The position numbers and the translations under genes are program-made. Shown here one piece after another: positions 38,044 to 46,188 of a stretch of 64,000 bases of DNA. This DNA comes from an uncultured Methanosarcinales archaeon (GTDB lineage: Archaea > Nanobdellota > Nanobdellia > Woesearchaeales > ARS49): assembly GCA_964637115.1 (NCBI GenBank), contig CAZWVL010000007.1, forward strand, positions 13,041-77,040, written 5' to 3'. The notes under the pieces were generated by a model, which was given only the letters and a program-made list of their open reading frames with translations, had not been told where the DNA came from and searched no databases. The number at the start of each line of letters is the position of its first letter. The stretch's first letter is position 1.

Positions 38044-39387
38044 CTATTTTCTAAAAATAATCATTGGAATAGTTTTAAGAATTATTTTAATATCAAAAGG
38101 TAATGACCAGTTTTCTATATAATAAAGGTCGTATCTAATTCTTTCCTTCAGGGAAGTGTTTCCTCGGTAACCGTTGACTGCTGCCCAACCAGTCAATCCT
38201 GCCTTAATATTCAACCTTTCGAGGTATTTGGGGACTTTTGTTTCAAAATCTCTGACAAAAACAGGTCGCTCTGGTCTCGGTCCAACAACGCTCAGGTCTC
38301 CATTTAATACGTTAACAAGTTGGGGTAATTCATCTAGATATGTTTTCCTCATGAAACTTCCCAGTCGCGTGCACTTTTGTCTGTCGTGACTCCACATAGC
38401 ACCCGTTTTGCCTTCAGCTTTGTCGACCATGGATCTGAATTTGTATAAAGTGAAAAATTTGTTCCCTTCTGTCACTCTTTTTTGCTTGTATATTATTGGG
38501 CCTTGTGAATCAAGTTTAATTGCGATTGCCAAAAGAATAAGAAAGGGAGAGACAATAATGAGCAATAAGCTTGCTACAACAACATCAAAAGCACGCTTTA
38601 AAACAAGGTTAAATCCTTTCAAAGGGGTTTTAACTGTTAGCAGTGGAATTCCTTTTATTGTGTTGAGGTCGATTTTTGTGATGATGTCAAGCACGTCAGG
38701 AACTATTTTATAGGTTATTTTTTTGCCGCAGGCGGAGATTATCTGCAGGATTTTTTCGTGATCATTGGGACCAAAAGCGAGTACCAGTTCGTCTATTTTC
38801 CTATTATCAATTATGCTTTTTAATTCGTTCAAATCTTTTATTGATGAATGCTTGCTATTTATGAAATCAACAATTTTATATTGCGGAAGATCTCCTATTT
38901 TCTCATGTATTTTTCTAGCAAAGACTTTATCCCCGATGATAAGCACTCGTTGAACGCCAATCCCGCGCATGAATAAATATTTGTTCACTGCATTGACCGC
39001 TTTACTCGAGATAAAAACAACTAAAATAGAGAGAATAAAAGCAATAACAACAACCAATCTCGAATAAGATTCTGCTCTATACAGAAAGGTGGTGGATAAA
39101 AGGATCAAAAAGCACAGACTCAGGGCCTTTACCACATTAAAAAAATCGATATTCGCGGATTCATAAACATTCATGAGCTTAAAGACAACCACGCTGACAA
39201 CCGTAACTACTATCATCGCCCTTAAATAAATTGAAAATGCAGGGATTTCGCTCGTCAATGGAATTAAAGGGGTATAGAATCTGATAAAGTACGCCAGCGT
39301 AAAAGCAAGATTTATGCTTAGAATATCTACTATAAAAAGAAGAAATTTTGAAATCCATTCGTAATCCTTTTGCCACCTGTATTTCAT
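38044..39387 (-). CDS. Polyprenyl-phosphate hexose-1-phosphate transferase (bacterial sugar transferase, WbaP/EpsL-like)
   Basis: N-terminal TM block, then KRAFDVVVASLLLIIVSPFLILLAIAIKLDSQGPIIYKQKRV..YKFRSM..DELPQLVNVLNGDLSVVGPRPERP. Confidence 0.85.
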   Translation of the reverse strand: MKYRWQKDYEWISKFLLFIVDILSINLAFTLAYFIRFYTPLIPLTSEIPAFSIYLRAMIVVTVVSVVVFKLMNVYESANIDFFNVVKALSLCFLILLSTTFLYRAESYSRLVVVIAFILSILVVFISSKAVNAVNKYLFMRGIGVQRVLIIGDKVFARKIHEKIGDLPQYKIVDFINSKHSSIKDLNELKSIIDNRKIDELVLAFGPNDHEKILQIISACGKKITYKIVPDVLDIITKIDLNTIKGIPLLTVKTPLKGFNLVLKRAFDVVVASLLLIIVSPFLILLAIAIKLDSQGPIIYKQKRVTEGNKFFTLYKFRSMVDKAEGKTGAMWSHDRQKCTRLGSFMRKTYLDELPQLVNVLNGDLSVVGPRPERPVFVRDFETKVPKYLERLNIKAGLTGWAAVNGYRGNTSLKERIRYDLYYIENWSLPFDIKIILKTIPMIIFRK

Positions 39388-39492
39388 TTTGTGTAGCTAC
39401 CAAATGCTTTCGAAAGCCTTATTCTACATAAATGTTGGCTAAGCGCAGAATCCGCTTCTTTGTTTTAAAGGTATTGGTAGTTAAGAGAAGAA

Positions 39493-39526
39493 AAAATTAA
39501 AAGTTAAAATAAAAAAAATAAAAAAA
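39493..39526 (-). terminator. Oligo-T (minus-strand) terminator region downstream of Cys-rich paralog 1, with a 19-nt block duplicated at 40135-40153
   Basis: Plus strand aaaaaattaaaagttaaaa(t)aaaaaaaataaaaaaatta. The same aaaaaattaaaagttaaaa block lies 3' of paralog 2. Confidence 0.5.
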
Positions 39527-40111
39527 TTATAGACCTTTGCCGCACATTTCCTTCAAACAGGCCTCCCCATTCTGTTCGCAGCCCTGTATGCACGCGGCGT
39601 TACCTGGGTTAATAATGTTGCAGCTGGTTATGCAATGTCCTTTAAAAATATTACAAAAGTGTGCACAGTCTCCAGGAGTGTCGCAAATGACATCTTTTGT
39701 AACGGTGCATATCAGTTTGGAGAAGTGTCCTGGGTCCTCTTCACATGTGCGCGTAGCTATGCTTGGAAGAACATACCAAGTAACACCAGTCACCTTGCAA
39801 GGCAAAGGTGGAGCTACAGCTCCACACTTACCTCTTGCTTTCGAGGCCCATGTTGTAATAGCAGAATCACAAAGTGAGTTCATAATGGCATTCGTATTTA
39901 AGTTCCCATGGGCTGCACAATTGCTAGGACTTGTGAAAGACCTGTCCTTTATTACTGTCAAGCCGGGGTCTGCACTTACGAAGCACGGGCCTAGTACGGA
40001 ATTCGAATTAGGCGGAGGAGCTTGTTGCGCCATAGATGCTATAGCAAGAACAAGCGCAAAAATAGTTGCTATAACAGAAATTGATAATCCTATTCTACCT
40101 TTTGTATCCAT
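39527..40111 (-). CDS. Secreted 16-cysteine protein, paralog 1 (194 aa)
   Basis: MDTKGRIGLSISVIATIFALVLAIASMA signal/anchor. Conserved CEEDPGHFSKLICTV and four CxxxC-type pairs. ATG preceded by AAAGGTGAT. Confidence 0.75.
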   Translation of the reverse strand: MDTKGRIGLSISVIATIFALVLAIASMAQQAPPPNSNSVLGPCFVSADPGLTVIKDRSFTSPSNCAAHGNLNTNAIMNSLCDSAITTWASKARGKCGAVAPPLPCKVTGVTWYVLPSIATRTCEEDPGHFSKLICTVTKDVICDTPGDCAHFCNIFKGHCITSCNIINPGNAACIQGCEQNGEACLKEMCGKGL

Positions 40112-40162
40112 TATTATCACCTTTTTTTACGATAAAAAATTAAAAGTTAAAAAAGAAAAAAA

Positions 40163-40765
40163 TTATGGGTCTGCGCAGGCCATCTTGCATCGCATTTCCT
40201 CGGCTACACAGGCTTGTTTGCAGGCTGCATTGTCCGTACCACAAAATTCATCGCAGGACGCTTTAAAAACGGTTGTGCACGTCTTTTGACAGTCTCCAGG
40301 AGGTGCGCAAATTGCGTTAGCTTTAACTGTACATATCAGTTTGCTGAAGTGCCCTGGATCCTCTTCGCAAGAGCGTACTTGCGAACCTTCTGCAAGCCTC
40401 CATGAAACTGCACTCATCTTACAAGGCGAAAACGGTTTAGTTTCGCCGATAAACGGCGGAGGCAGTACAATCGCCGCGCACTTATTTTTTGTTAGAGCGA
40501 ACCAATCTGTAAGAGCACGCTCGCAAAGTCTATTCATAATTGCATTCGTATTCAAGTTTCCATGCGCTGCACAAGTACTAGGAGTTGTAAAACTTTGATC
40601 TCTTATTACTGTTTGATCTGCGGTCACTACTACAAAACAACCTTTTAGAAACGTCTCCGCGAAGTCAGGCGGGGTTACAATAGTTGCCGATGCCATCGCC
40701 ATAACAAGCGAAAGCGCAGTTGCGATAACGGCAATAGCCAATCCTATTCGACCTTTAGTATCCAT
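40163..40765 (-). CDS. Secreted 16-cysteine protein, paralog 2 (200 aa)
   Basis: MDTKGRIGLAIAVIATALSLVMAMASA.. Same Cys spacing as paralog 1. ATG at 40765 preceded by AAAGGTGAT; the track ORF over-extends. Confidence 0.75.
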   Translation of the reverse strand: MDTKGRIGLAIAVIATALSLVMAMASATIVTPPDFAETFLKGCFVVVTADQTVIRDQSFTTPSTCAAHGNLNTNAIMNRLCERALTDWFALTKNKCAAIVLPPPFIGETKPFSPCKMSAVSWRLAEGSQVRSCEEDPGHFSKLICTVKANAICAPPGDCQKTCTTVFKASCDEFCGTDNAACKQACVAEEMRCKMACADP

Positions 40766-40887
40766 TATTATCACCTTTTTCTTTTTTGGAACTGAAAAGT
40801 AGTTATTAATAATCTCAGTATTTAAACTTTTCTGTTTTACATTCGTACCAAAACATTTAAATATAAGAAGATTATCGTTATTCACAG

Positions 40888-41406
40888 GTGGTTAAAATCG
40901 GCTTAAGAAAGAACTTGGTTATCGGAGGGCTTCTGGCAATTCTTGGGTGCTCGGAAAAAAAGGAACCATACACTCCTCCCACGCCGGAAAAACCAGCAAA
41001 TCAGGAAAAAAGCACCGAAAAAACTCAGCCTCCTCTACAACCAAGCAGACTTGAAAAGTATGAACAACCTACACAAACACGTCAAGCTTATGAGATTGTT
41101 TATTTTTATGACACGAATAAGATAGAAAAGCATGGCGAAGGCGTTGAGGGTGATCCAGAACTCTCCCTACTCTGCCATAACTACGGCTTTTCTCTGTTCA
41201 CTATTGCTTCTAATGCTGAGCTTGCCAAAAAGGAATTTAAACTAGCCGATAAGCCAGTGATCATGATTTGCAAAGATATTATCGAGCTTGAACGATTTTT
41301 AGTAACAGACAGGCAGCAACTTGCTAGCCGCCTTGAGCAGGAGTTACGGTACCATAGTGGAAAAGGTACGCCTCCAGCAGGATGCAAGGATTATCAGAAG
41401 AAATAA
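40888..41406 (+). CDS. Putative lipoprotein, Pro/Gln/Thr-rich linker plus about 100-aa globular domain
   Basis: GTG start 25 nt after TATA tttaaata (40856-40863). LLAILGC lipobox. Confidence 0.6.
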   Translation: MVKIGLRKNLVIGGLLAILGCSEKKEPYTPPTPEKPANQEKSTEKTQPPLQPSRLEKYEQPTQTRQAYEIVYFYDTNKIEKHGEGVEGDPELSLLCHNYGFSLFTIASNAELAKKEFKLADKPVIMICKDIIELERFLVTDRQQLASRLEQELRYHSGKGTPPAGCKDYQKK

Positions 41407-41409
41407 CTG

Positions 41410-43089
41410 TTAAATCTCTTTTTTAACCTCATAAATGAAATATCCTGTTACATTGCTCTGCACTTCCTTAAGATATACACAATCGAGAGCTTTTTGTGAA
41501 ATAAGAAGTTTAGGCTTGTACCGCTCAACCCAGTCCAACCCCTGCTCGCACGAAGGTGACTCAAAAAATCTGTCCGCTTCCCCTGATAATTCCGCACCAC
41601 CCATCCAGTGAACAACAACAGAATTATTAGTTATGGGAATGGCGGAACTGAACCTCGGATTAGCCAGTATCCTCTGGCCGGAATAATGAATTTTCAGCCA
41701 ATCGAGCATCTCGTAATCCTTGTCGTCCACAATATAATCAAAAAGCGGGGGGAAATTGGCACGAAGTTGGAAGCCAAAAATCAATGCGAGGAGTACGCCT
41801 GCGATTAATATAAAGACGTACTTCTTCTTTATTTTATGCCTGAGAATTCCAAGAAGATGACTAAAACCTATACTGCCGATGAAAATAGCGAACAAAAGGA
41901 CCAGATATATCAGTCTCTCCGGCCTAATTAGGTAAGAATATTTGATTATGGAACTAATTAAAAAACCTACAAGTGAAAAAATGAAAAAGAATGATAAAAT
42001 TTTTTGATGCTTCTCCCCAAGTATAATATACAATCCAAACAGTCCACAAATAGCGAGTGGAATTCCAATGAGAAAATAATTTATGTTGTGGTACGGAAAC
42101 TCTAATCGCCAGAAATTGGACAAAATTGTTTCTTTAATACCGCCCTTCCAGAACCAGCTCAAGAAGACTGCAGCAGATACGGCCAAGAGTCCAATAAAAA
42201 AAGCGCAGAAAACCTTCCAGTCCTTTTTCATGTTATAAACAACATAAGGCAAGGAAACGACAAGAATGTACGCAGCAGCGCTCCCATGCAGCGTGAATGC
42301 GATGAAGATAAAAATACCCGCAAGAATCAGATAATTCGCACTTCTTTCAGTAAGCCATTTGTGCATGAGAAGAAGAAAGAGGAAGCAGAGTATGAGTGAA
42401 ACTGTGAAAGGGACTGCCAGAATCAATCCCAGTATCAAAGAATTGCCCGGGATAGTGGCAGACAGAACCATGGCCAAAAGACTCGTCCAGAAATTCTTAG
42501 TCAGTTCATAAATAAACACAAAAATCACGAGGGCAGTGATAATACCGAACAATGCTGGCAGGAACTTGTAATCGAGCAACGGATCCATCTTAGTTAGCAG
42601 GAAAATGCTGGCAAGAAGCGCAGGAAATCCGGTCTTTGCATCGCAGTCATAAATATCATTATATGGATTTATACAGAGCTTACCAGTTTCTGTTATCTTA
42701 TACGCATGGTTCATGTAAAAGTATTCGGTGACGTGCAAAGGAAACCTATATGTGAAATGAGGAGAATAAATCAGAAAAAATACGACAATAACACCACTGA
42801 GAAGAAAAATGATCTTTTTAACCTCGAATTTTGGCACATCAACTAGCTTGTATCTTTTTGAAACAAAAAGGGACATAATTGTCAGCAGGGATCCTGCGAA
42901 CAATGCTAATTTTACCGTAAAGCCATTGATTACATAAAAATTAAGCAACAATCCAGTTAAAACCAAAAAAGAAATAGAAAGCCCCAGCCCACAAACCACC
43001 CGTTCAAGAAAATCCTGCTTTTTGAAGAAGAAAAAAGTCAGCAAGTATCCAGTTACTAATAATATAACAATCCACAATAAACCCGGCAT
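41410..43089 (-). CDS. Large polytopic membrane protein with C-terminal soluble domain (possible GT-C-type glycosyltransferase)
   Basis: 559 aa, at least 12 TM segments followed by about 110 non-hydrophobic residues. The GT-C idea rests on architecture only; no WWDYG motif seen. Confidence 0.75.
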   Translation of the reverse strand: MPGLLWIVILLVTGYLLTFFFFKKQDFLERVVCGLGLSISFLVLTGLLLNFYVINGFTVKLALFAGSLLTIMSLFVSKRYKLVDVPKFEVKKIIFLLSGVIVVFFLIYSPHFTYRFPLHVTEYFYMNHAYKITETGKLCINPYNDIYDCDAKTGFPALLASIFLLTKMDPLLDYKFLPALFGIITALVIFVFIYELTKNFWTSLLAMVLSATIPGNSLILGLILAVPFTVSLILCFLFLLLMHKWLTERSANYLILAGIFIFIAFTLHGSAAAYILVVSLPYVVYNMKKDWKVFCAFFIGLLAVSAAVFLSWFWKGGIKETILSNFWRLEFPYHNINYFLIGIPLAICGLFGLYIILGEKHQKILSFFFIFSLVGFLISSIIKYSYLIRPERLIYLVLLFAIFIGSIGFSHLLGILRHKIKKKYVFILIAGVLLALIFGFQLRANFPPLFDYIVDDKDYEMLDWLKIHYSGQRILANPRFSSAIPITNNSVVVHWMGGAELSGEADRFFESPSCEQGLDWVERYKPKLLISQKALDCVYLKEVQSNVTGYFIYEVKKEI

Positions 43090-43168
43090 AGTGAGCGAAA
43101 AAGTTGCCGGTGCTTTAAAAGTTTCTATTAAGCGCTAGGCTGAATTTTATAAAATTAAGAGAAAAAAA

Positions 43169-43756
43169 TCAGGGGTCTATACACGTGTCAATGCATGCTC
43201 CCATATCAGACACGCACTTCTGCCTGCAAGGCGCGTTATCATCGCCACACGTTGACAAGCAAATTTTCTTGATACGCTCACAGTCTTTCACACAGTCACG
43301 CATATGCGAACATATCGGCGTATCTTTGGTTGTGCATGTGAGTTTGACTATGTGCCCTGGATCAACCACGTCGCACTTGCGCGTATCAGCCAGACCACTC
43401 CTAATAAAAATGGTTGCCCATGGCGAATTGATTGTGCACGCTCTTTCTCCGGAAACAGTCACGCATGATTTCTTTGCCTGGCTTATCCAAGATTCCTGCG
43501 TTTCCTTACATAGCGTATTCAATCTCGCATCCGTCTGCAACTGAGCTGCAGAAGGACAGGGACCAGCAACCGTAACGTCCTTTACGACAGTAATATCCGT
43601 TATTACAGCATTTGCTGCTTCACATTTTGCAATTGAAGAATCGGGCGCGGGAGCTGCCACAGCTGTTTCCGCACCTATGCTTGCAAAGGCAACAAACAGC
43701 GAAATAATCGTTGCTATAAGAGCGATTCCAAGTCCTATCCTCGCTTTTACGTCCAT
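43169..43756 (-). CDS. Secreted 16-cysteine protein, paralog 3 (195 aa, more divergent)
   Basis: MDVKARIGLGIALIATIISLFVAFASIGA.., CDVVDPGHIVKLTCTT. Same 16-Cys spacing. GAGGTGAT SD. Confidence 0.75.
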   Translation of the reverse strand: MDVKARIGLGIALIATIISLFVAFASIGAETAVAAPAPDSSIAKCEAANAVITDITVVKDVTVAGPCPSAAQLQTDARLNTLCKETQESWISQAKKSCVTVSGERACTINSPWATIFIRSGLADTRKCDVVDPGHIVKLTCTTKDTPICSHMRDCVKDCERIKKICLSTCGDDNAPCRQKCVSDMGACIDTCIDP

Positions 43757-43878
43757 CAGAATCACCTCTTTATTGTACCCTTAAGTGCGCGCCTATTTAA
43801 AAAATTTTCCATTATACTGCTGGCACATCGCCCTTGAACACGCGAAGCTTTTTATTCAAAAGAAATTCCTGACCTACC

Positions 43879-44547
43879 ATGAGCACAAACAAAAAACACC
43901 CATTTTCCCAACACCATCTCTATCTGCTAATTCTCAGCATTTTTTTATTCTGTTTTTTTGCCAAAATAACTGAAGATGTCATGAATAATGGGTTCTTTAC
44001 TAAATTTGATTCGTTGGTGAGTACGAAAATAGTTTTGCTCTGGAATCCTGTGCTTACAAAAATAATGGTGTTCATCACAAATATCGCCAGCACTCCTAGT
44101 TTGTTCATTCTTTCACTCACGTTTTTGGGCGTGCTCGCATACAAGAGAAAATGGCGTGATTCCTTGCTCTTGATATGTGCACTGGCTGGCACACGGATAT
44201 TGGAGCTGCTTACAAAATTCATGGTCCACAGAGCGCGACCGGAGAATGCATTGATTGAAGTTTCTAACTACAGTTTTCCAAGCGGGCATGCAGCAATGTC
44301 AATCGTTTTCTTTTCACTGCTTATCTATTCATTTAAGGACGACATCAAAAATAAAATGTTCAAGAATTTTTTTATAACCGCTAATGTATTCTTATTCATA
44401 TTGATAGGATTCAGCAGGATTTACCTTAATGTCCACTGGTTGAGCGACGTGCTGGCAGGATTTGCCCTCGGGTCATTCTGGCTCACCTTAATGATCCTGA
44501 CTTTTCAATCAGTAATTGCTCTCGCAAAAAAGACTTTCCCTTCCTGA
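43879..44547 (+). CDS. PAP2-family (polyprenyl-diphosphate-type) phosphatase
   Basis: KFMVHRARP, PSGHA, SRIYLNVHWLSDV: the three PAP2 motifs. Confidence 0.85.
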   Translation: MSTNKKHPFSQHHLYLLILSIFLFCFFAKITEDVMNNGFFTKFDSLVSTKIVLLWNPVLTKIMVFITNIASTPSLFILSLTFLGVLAYKRKWRDSLLLICALAGTRILELLTKFMVHRARPENALIEVSNYSFPSGHAAMSIVFFSLLIYSFKDDIKNKMFKNFFITANVFLFILIGFSRIYLNVHWLSDVLAGFALGSFWLTLMILTFQSVIALAKKTFPS

Positions 44548-44560
44548 AAAACTGGAAAAC

Positions 44561-44604
44561 GGCTCCTTCTTGTTTGCCGGTCTAAATCTTGAAATACGCC
44601 GAGG
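44561..44604. repeat. 44-nt copy (36/44 identical, ungapped) of the tRNA-Asp 3' end plus its downstream flank
   Basis: ggctccttcttgtttgccggtctaaatcttgaaatacgccgagg versus 46153-46196 agctccttttcgattgccagtctaaatcctgaaaaacgccgggg. Confidence 0.8.
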
Positions 44605-45108
44605 CTACTTCAAAAGCTCCTTAGCCTTTTGCAGATAGAACAGGTCCCTTTTAACTATAAACTTGCCATTATACTCATCGGGCCTTTCGTTCTTAAGCAG
44701 CTCTATTGCTTTATCAATTGACACCCAAACAAGTTTAGCCCCTTCTTCAATTTCTTCCTGAGTAAATTCCGGCTTGCCTTCCTTGACAACCTCTGCAAGA
44801 AAACAATGCGACGTTTGAACCATATCCTCGTGCGTGCGGTGCTCAATAATCTCACCCAGTTCACCAATCACACGAACAGAACAACCAGTTTCCTCCTTGA
44901 TTTCCCTGGCAAGCGCATCAGGAATGCTCTCGCCGGAATCAACACCGCCACCTGGCAGCTTATGGTATTTGTGTTTGCTAATATGAAGCAAAGCGATAAG
45001 ACCCTTATTCATCATAACTGCCCTGGCAGCAGTTCTAGGAATATGCTTAGAATCCTCTTTTGGCTTCACACCAACATCAACATCACTGAGTTCAAGAATG
45101 GTTTTCAT
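44605..45108 (-). CDS. Nudix hydrolase
   Basis: Nudix box GGGVDSGESIPDALAREIKEETG. Confidence 0.85.
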   Translation of the reverse strand: MKTILELSDVDVGVKPKEDSKHIPRTAARAVMMNKGLIALLHISKHKYHKLPGGGVDSGESIPDALAREIKEETGCSVRVIGELGEIIEHRTHEDMVQTSHCFLAEVVKEGKPEFTQEEIEEGAKLVWVSIDKAIELLKNERPDEYNGKFIVKRDLFYLQKAKELLK

Positions 45109-45114
45109 AAAATT

Positions 45115-45134
45115 AAAACGCCGGGGCCGGGATT
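45115..45134. repeat. 20-nt exact copy of the 3' terminal 16 nt of tRNA-Asp plus 4 nt of trailer
   Basis: aaaacgccggggccgggatt is identical to 46185-46204. Confidence 0.9.
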
Positions 45135-45208
45135 ACTTGCGAAGTGCGCTTCGCAAGTTGCTCGGAAATCCAAAGGATTTCCGACATGAACCCGAGGGTT
45201 CAAATCCC
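45129..45208. other. 80-nt element predicted to form a four-way junction (closing stem plus three perfect hairpins); strand and function unknown
   Basis: GGGATT(45129-34)/AATCCC(45203-08); ACTTGCGAAG-tgcg-CTTCGCAAGT (45135-58); CGGAAATCC-aaa-GGATTTCCG (45163-83); TGAACC-cgag-GGTTCA (45187-45202). Confidence 0.6.
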
Positions 45209-45347
45209 CTTCACAAAATAGTGCAAGAGCTTCGCTCGAAACATACGCCGTTGTGTTTACTGTTCTGGCTTTTTAATCTTTCTGGATGAGCCGTGCATTA
45301 CAATTTCATTACATATCTCAAAAAGCGGGCAAACACCCTAAGAAAAG

Positions 45348-45734
45348 GTGAAGAGTTTTGCGATTAAGTTTGGCAATATTTATAAAGAAAATCATTTTTA
45401 TGAGTTTTCAATGGGACGTCTCGTAAAAACTCAGGATTGGGAGAGCCGAGCGATTGTAAGTTTTTTGGGCGGATACAGCATAACACAACAAGCTTTTAAG
45501 GCAGACTTTGAAACAAAGCGAGGAAAATTTTACGTGCTTATTTGGGCAGATCTAGACCGACATGAAATGGTTATTAATGATCGTTATAATATAGAAGCGT
45601 TGCAAAAGGCGTGCAGTCAAAATGCGTTTGTACTGATTTCTGAATTGTTCCCGAAGGGAAGCAAAATAATAACTTCGTATAATGAGATTAATGATGTTTT
45701 GGCAAAAATTGCAGATATCATAAAAGAAGAATGA
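45348..45734 (+). CDS. Hypothetical protein, 128 aa (GTG start; start uncertain)
   Basis: ORF with ordinary composition. No motif and no clear TATA at the standard distance. Confidence 0.45.
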   Translation: MKSFAIKFGNIYKENHFYEFSMGRLVKTQDWESRAIVSFLGGYSITQQAFKADFETKRGKFYVLIWADLDRHEMVINDRYNIEALQKACSQNAFVLISELFPKGSKIITSYNEINDVLAKIADIIKEE

Positions 45735-45985
45735 TTGCTCATACAACCTTTAGGAACAATTCCGGATTGCTTGCCAGGCTTATCATGGATATGCGATATT
45801 AACCTAATAACCTCTAGTTTGTTGAGGGGTGTTCTACAGGTCCAATTTTTACTGTTCTTACCAAGCTTAGTTTTTTCTTAAAAATTTGCGCGAACCGGTA
45901 CAAATCCTGAAAAGAATTTTACTTTCATTTTATTTATAAATGAAAGTTGTTGCCGGTTCAAATCCTGTTTTGCAAGGATAGATTT

Positions 45986-46099
45986 ATGAATTTCGCTCAC
46001 AACTTGCTTTCCGAAATTGCCAGAATGGTGCTGAGAGGCGCTATTCCGGCAAAAACAATGCAAGAAAGTGATTTGGCTAAAATTTTGAGAAAAAAATGA
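45986..46099 (+). CDS. Possible small ORF, 37 aa
   Basis: MNFAHNLLSEIARMVLRGAIPAKTMQESDLAKILRKK, 46 nt downstream of the palindromic TATA 45933-45940. Preferred over the antisense 124-aa track ORF on composition only. Confidence 0.2.
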   Translation: MNFAHNLLSEIARMVLRGAIPAKTMQESDLAKILRKK

Positions 46100-46188
46100 C
46101 AAGAAAAACAAGCTCAGAAAAGACTTTTTTCTTACCTGAACGGCCGGCAAACAGCTCCTTTTCGATTGCCAGTCTAAATCCTGAAAAA

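Noticed and set aside
39486-40162. Possible CRISPR-like or tandem repeat, given the recurring aaaaaattaaaagttaaaa
   Set aside because: Only two copies exist, each in the 3' flank of a duplicated paralog. They are A/T-rich terminator sequence with no repeat-spacer periodicity.
39537-40289. 250-aa ORF on the plus strand spanning Cys-rich paralogs 1 and 2
   Set aside because: It is the antisense frame of two separate minus-strand genes and crosses their intergenic terminator. Cys-codon-rich genes give open Ala/Thr/Gln-rich antisense frames. It has no promoter or SD.
45115-45215. Reading the locus as a complete intron-containing tRNA gene
   Set aside because: A T-arm and 3' acceptor strand can be assembled on the minus strand, but there is no 5' acceptor strand (GCCGGGG or a G-U variant), D-arm or anticodon arm within about 200 nt. 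It is kept only as a tRNA-derived or structured element.
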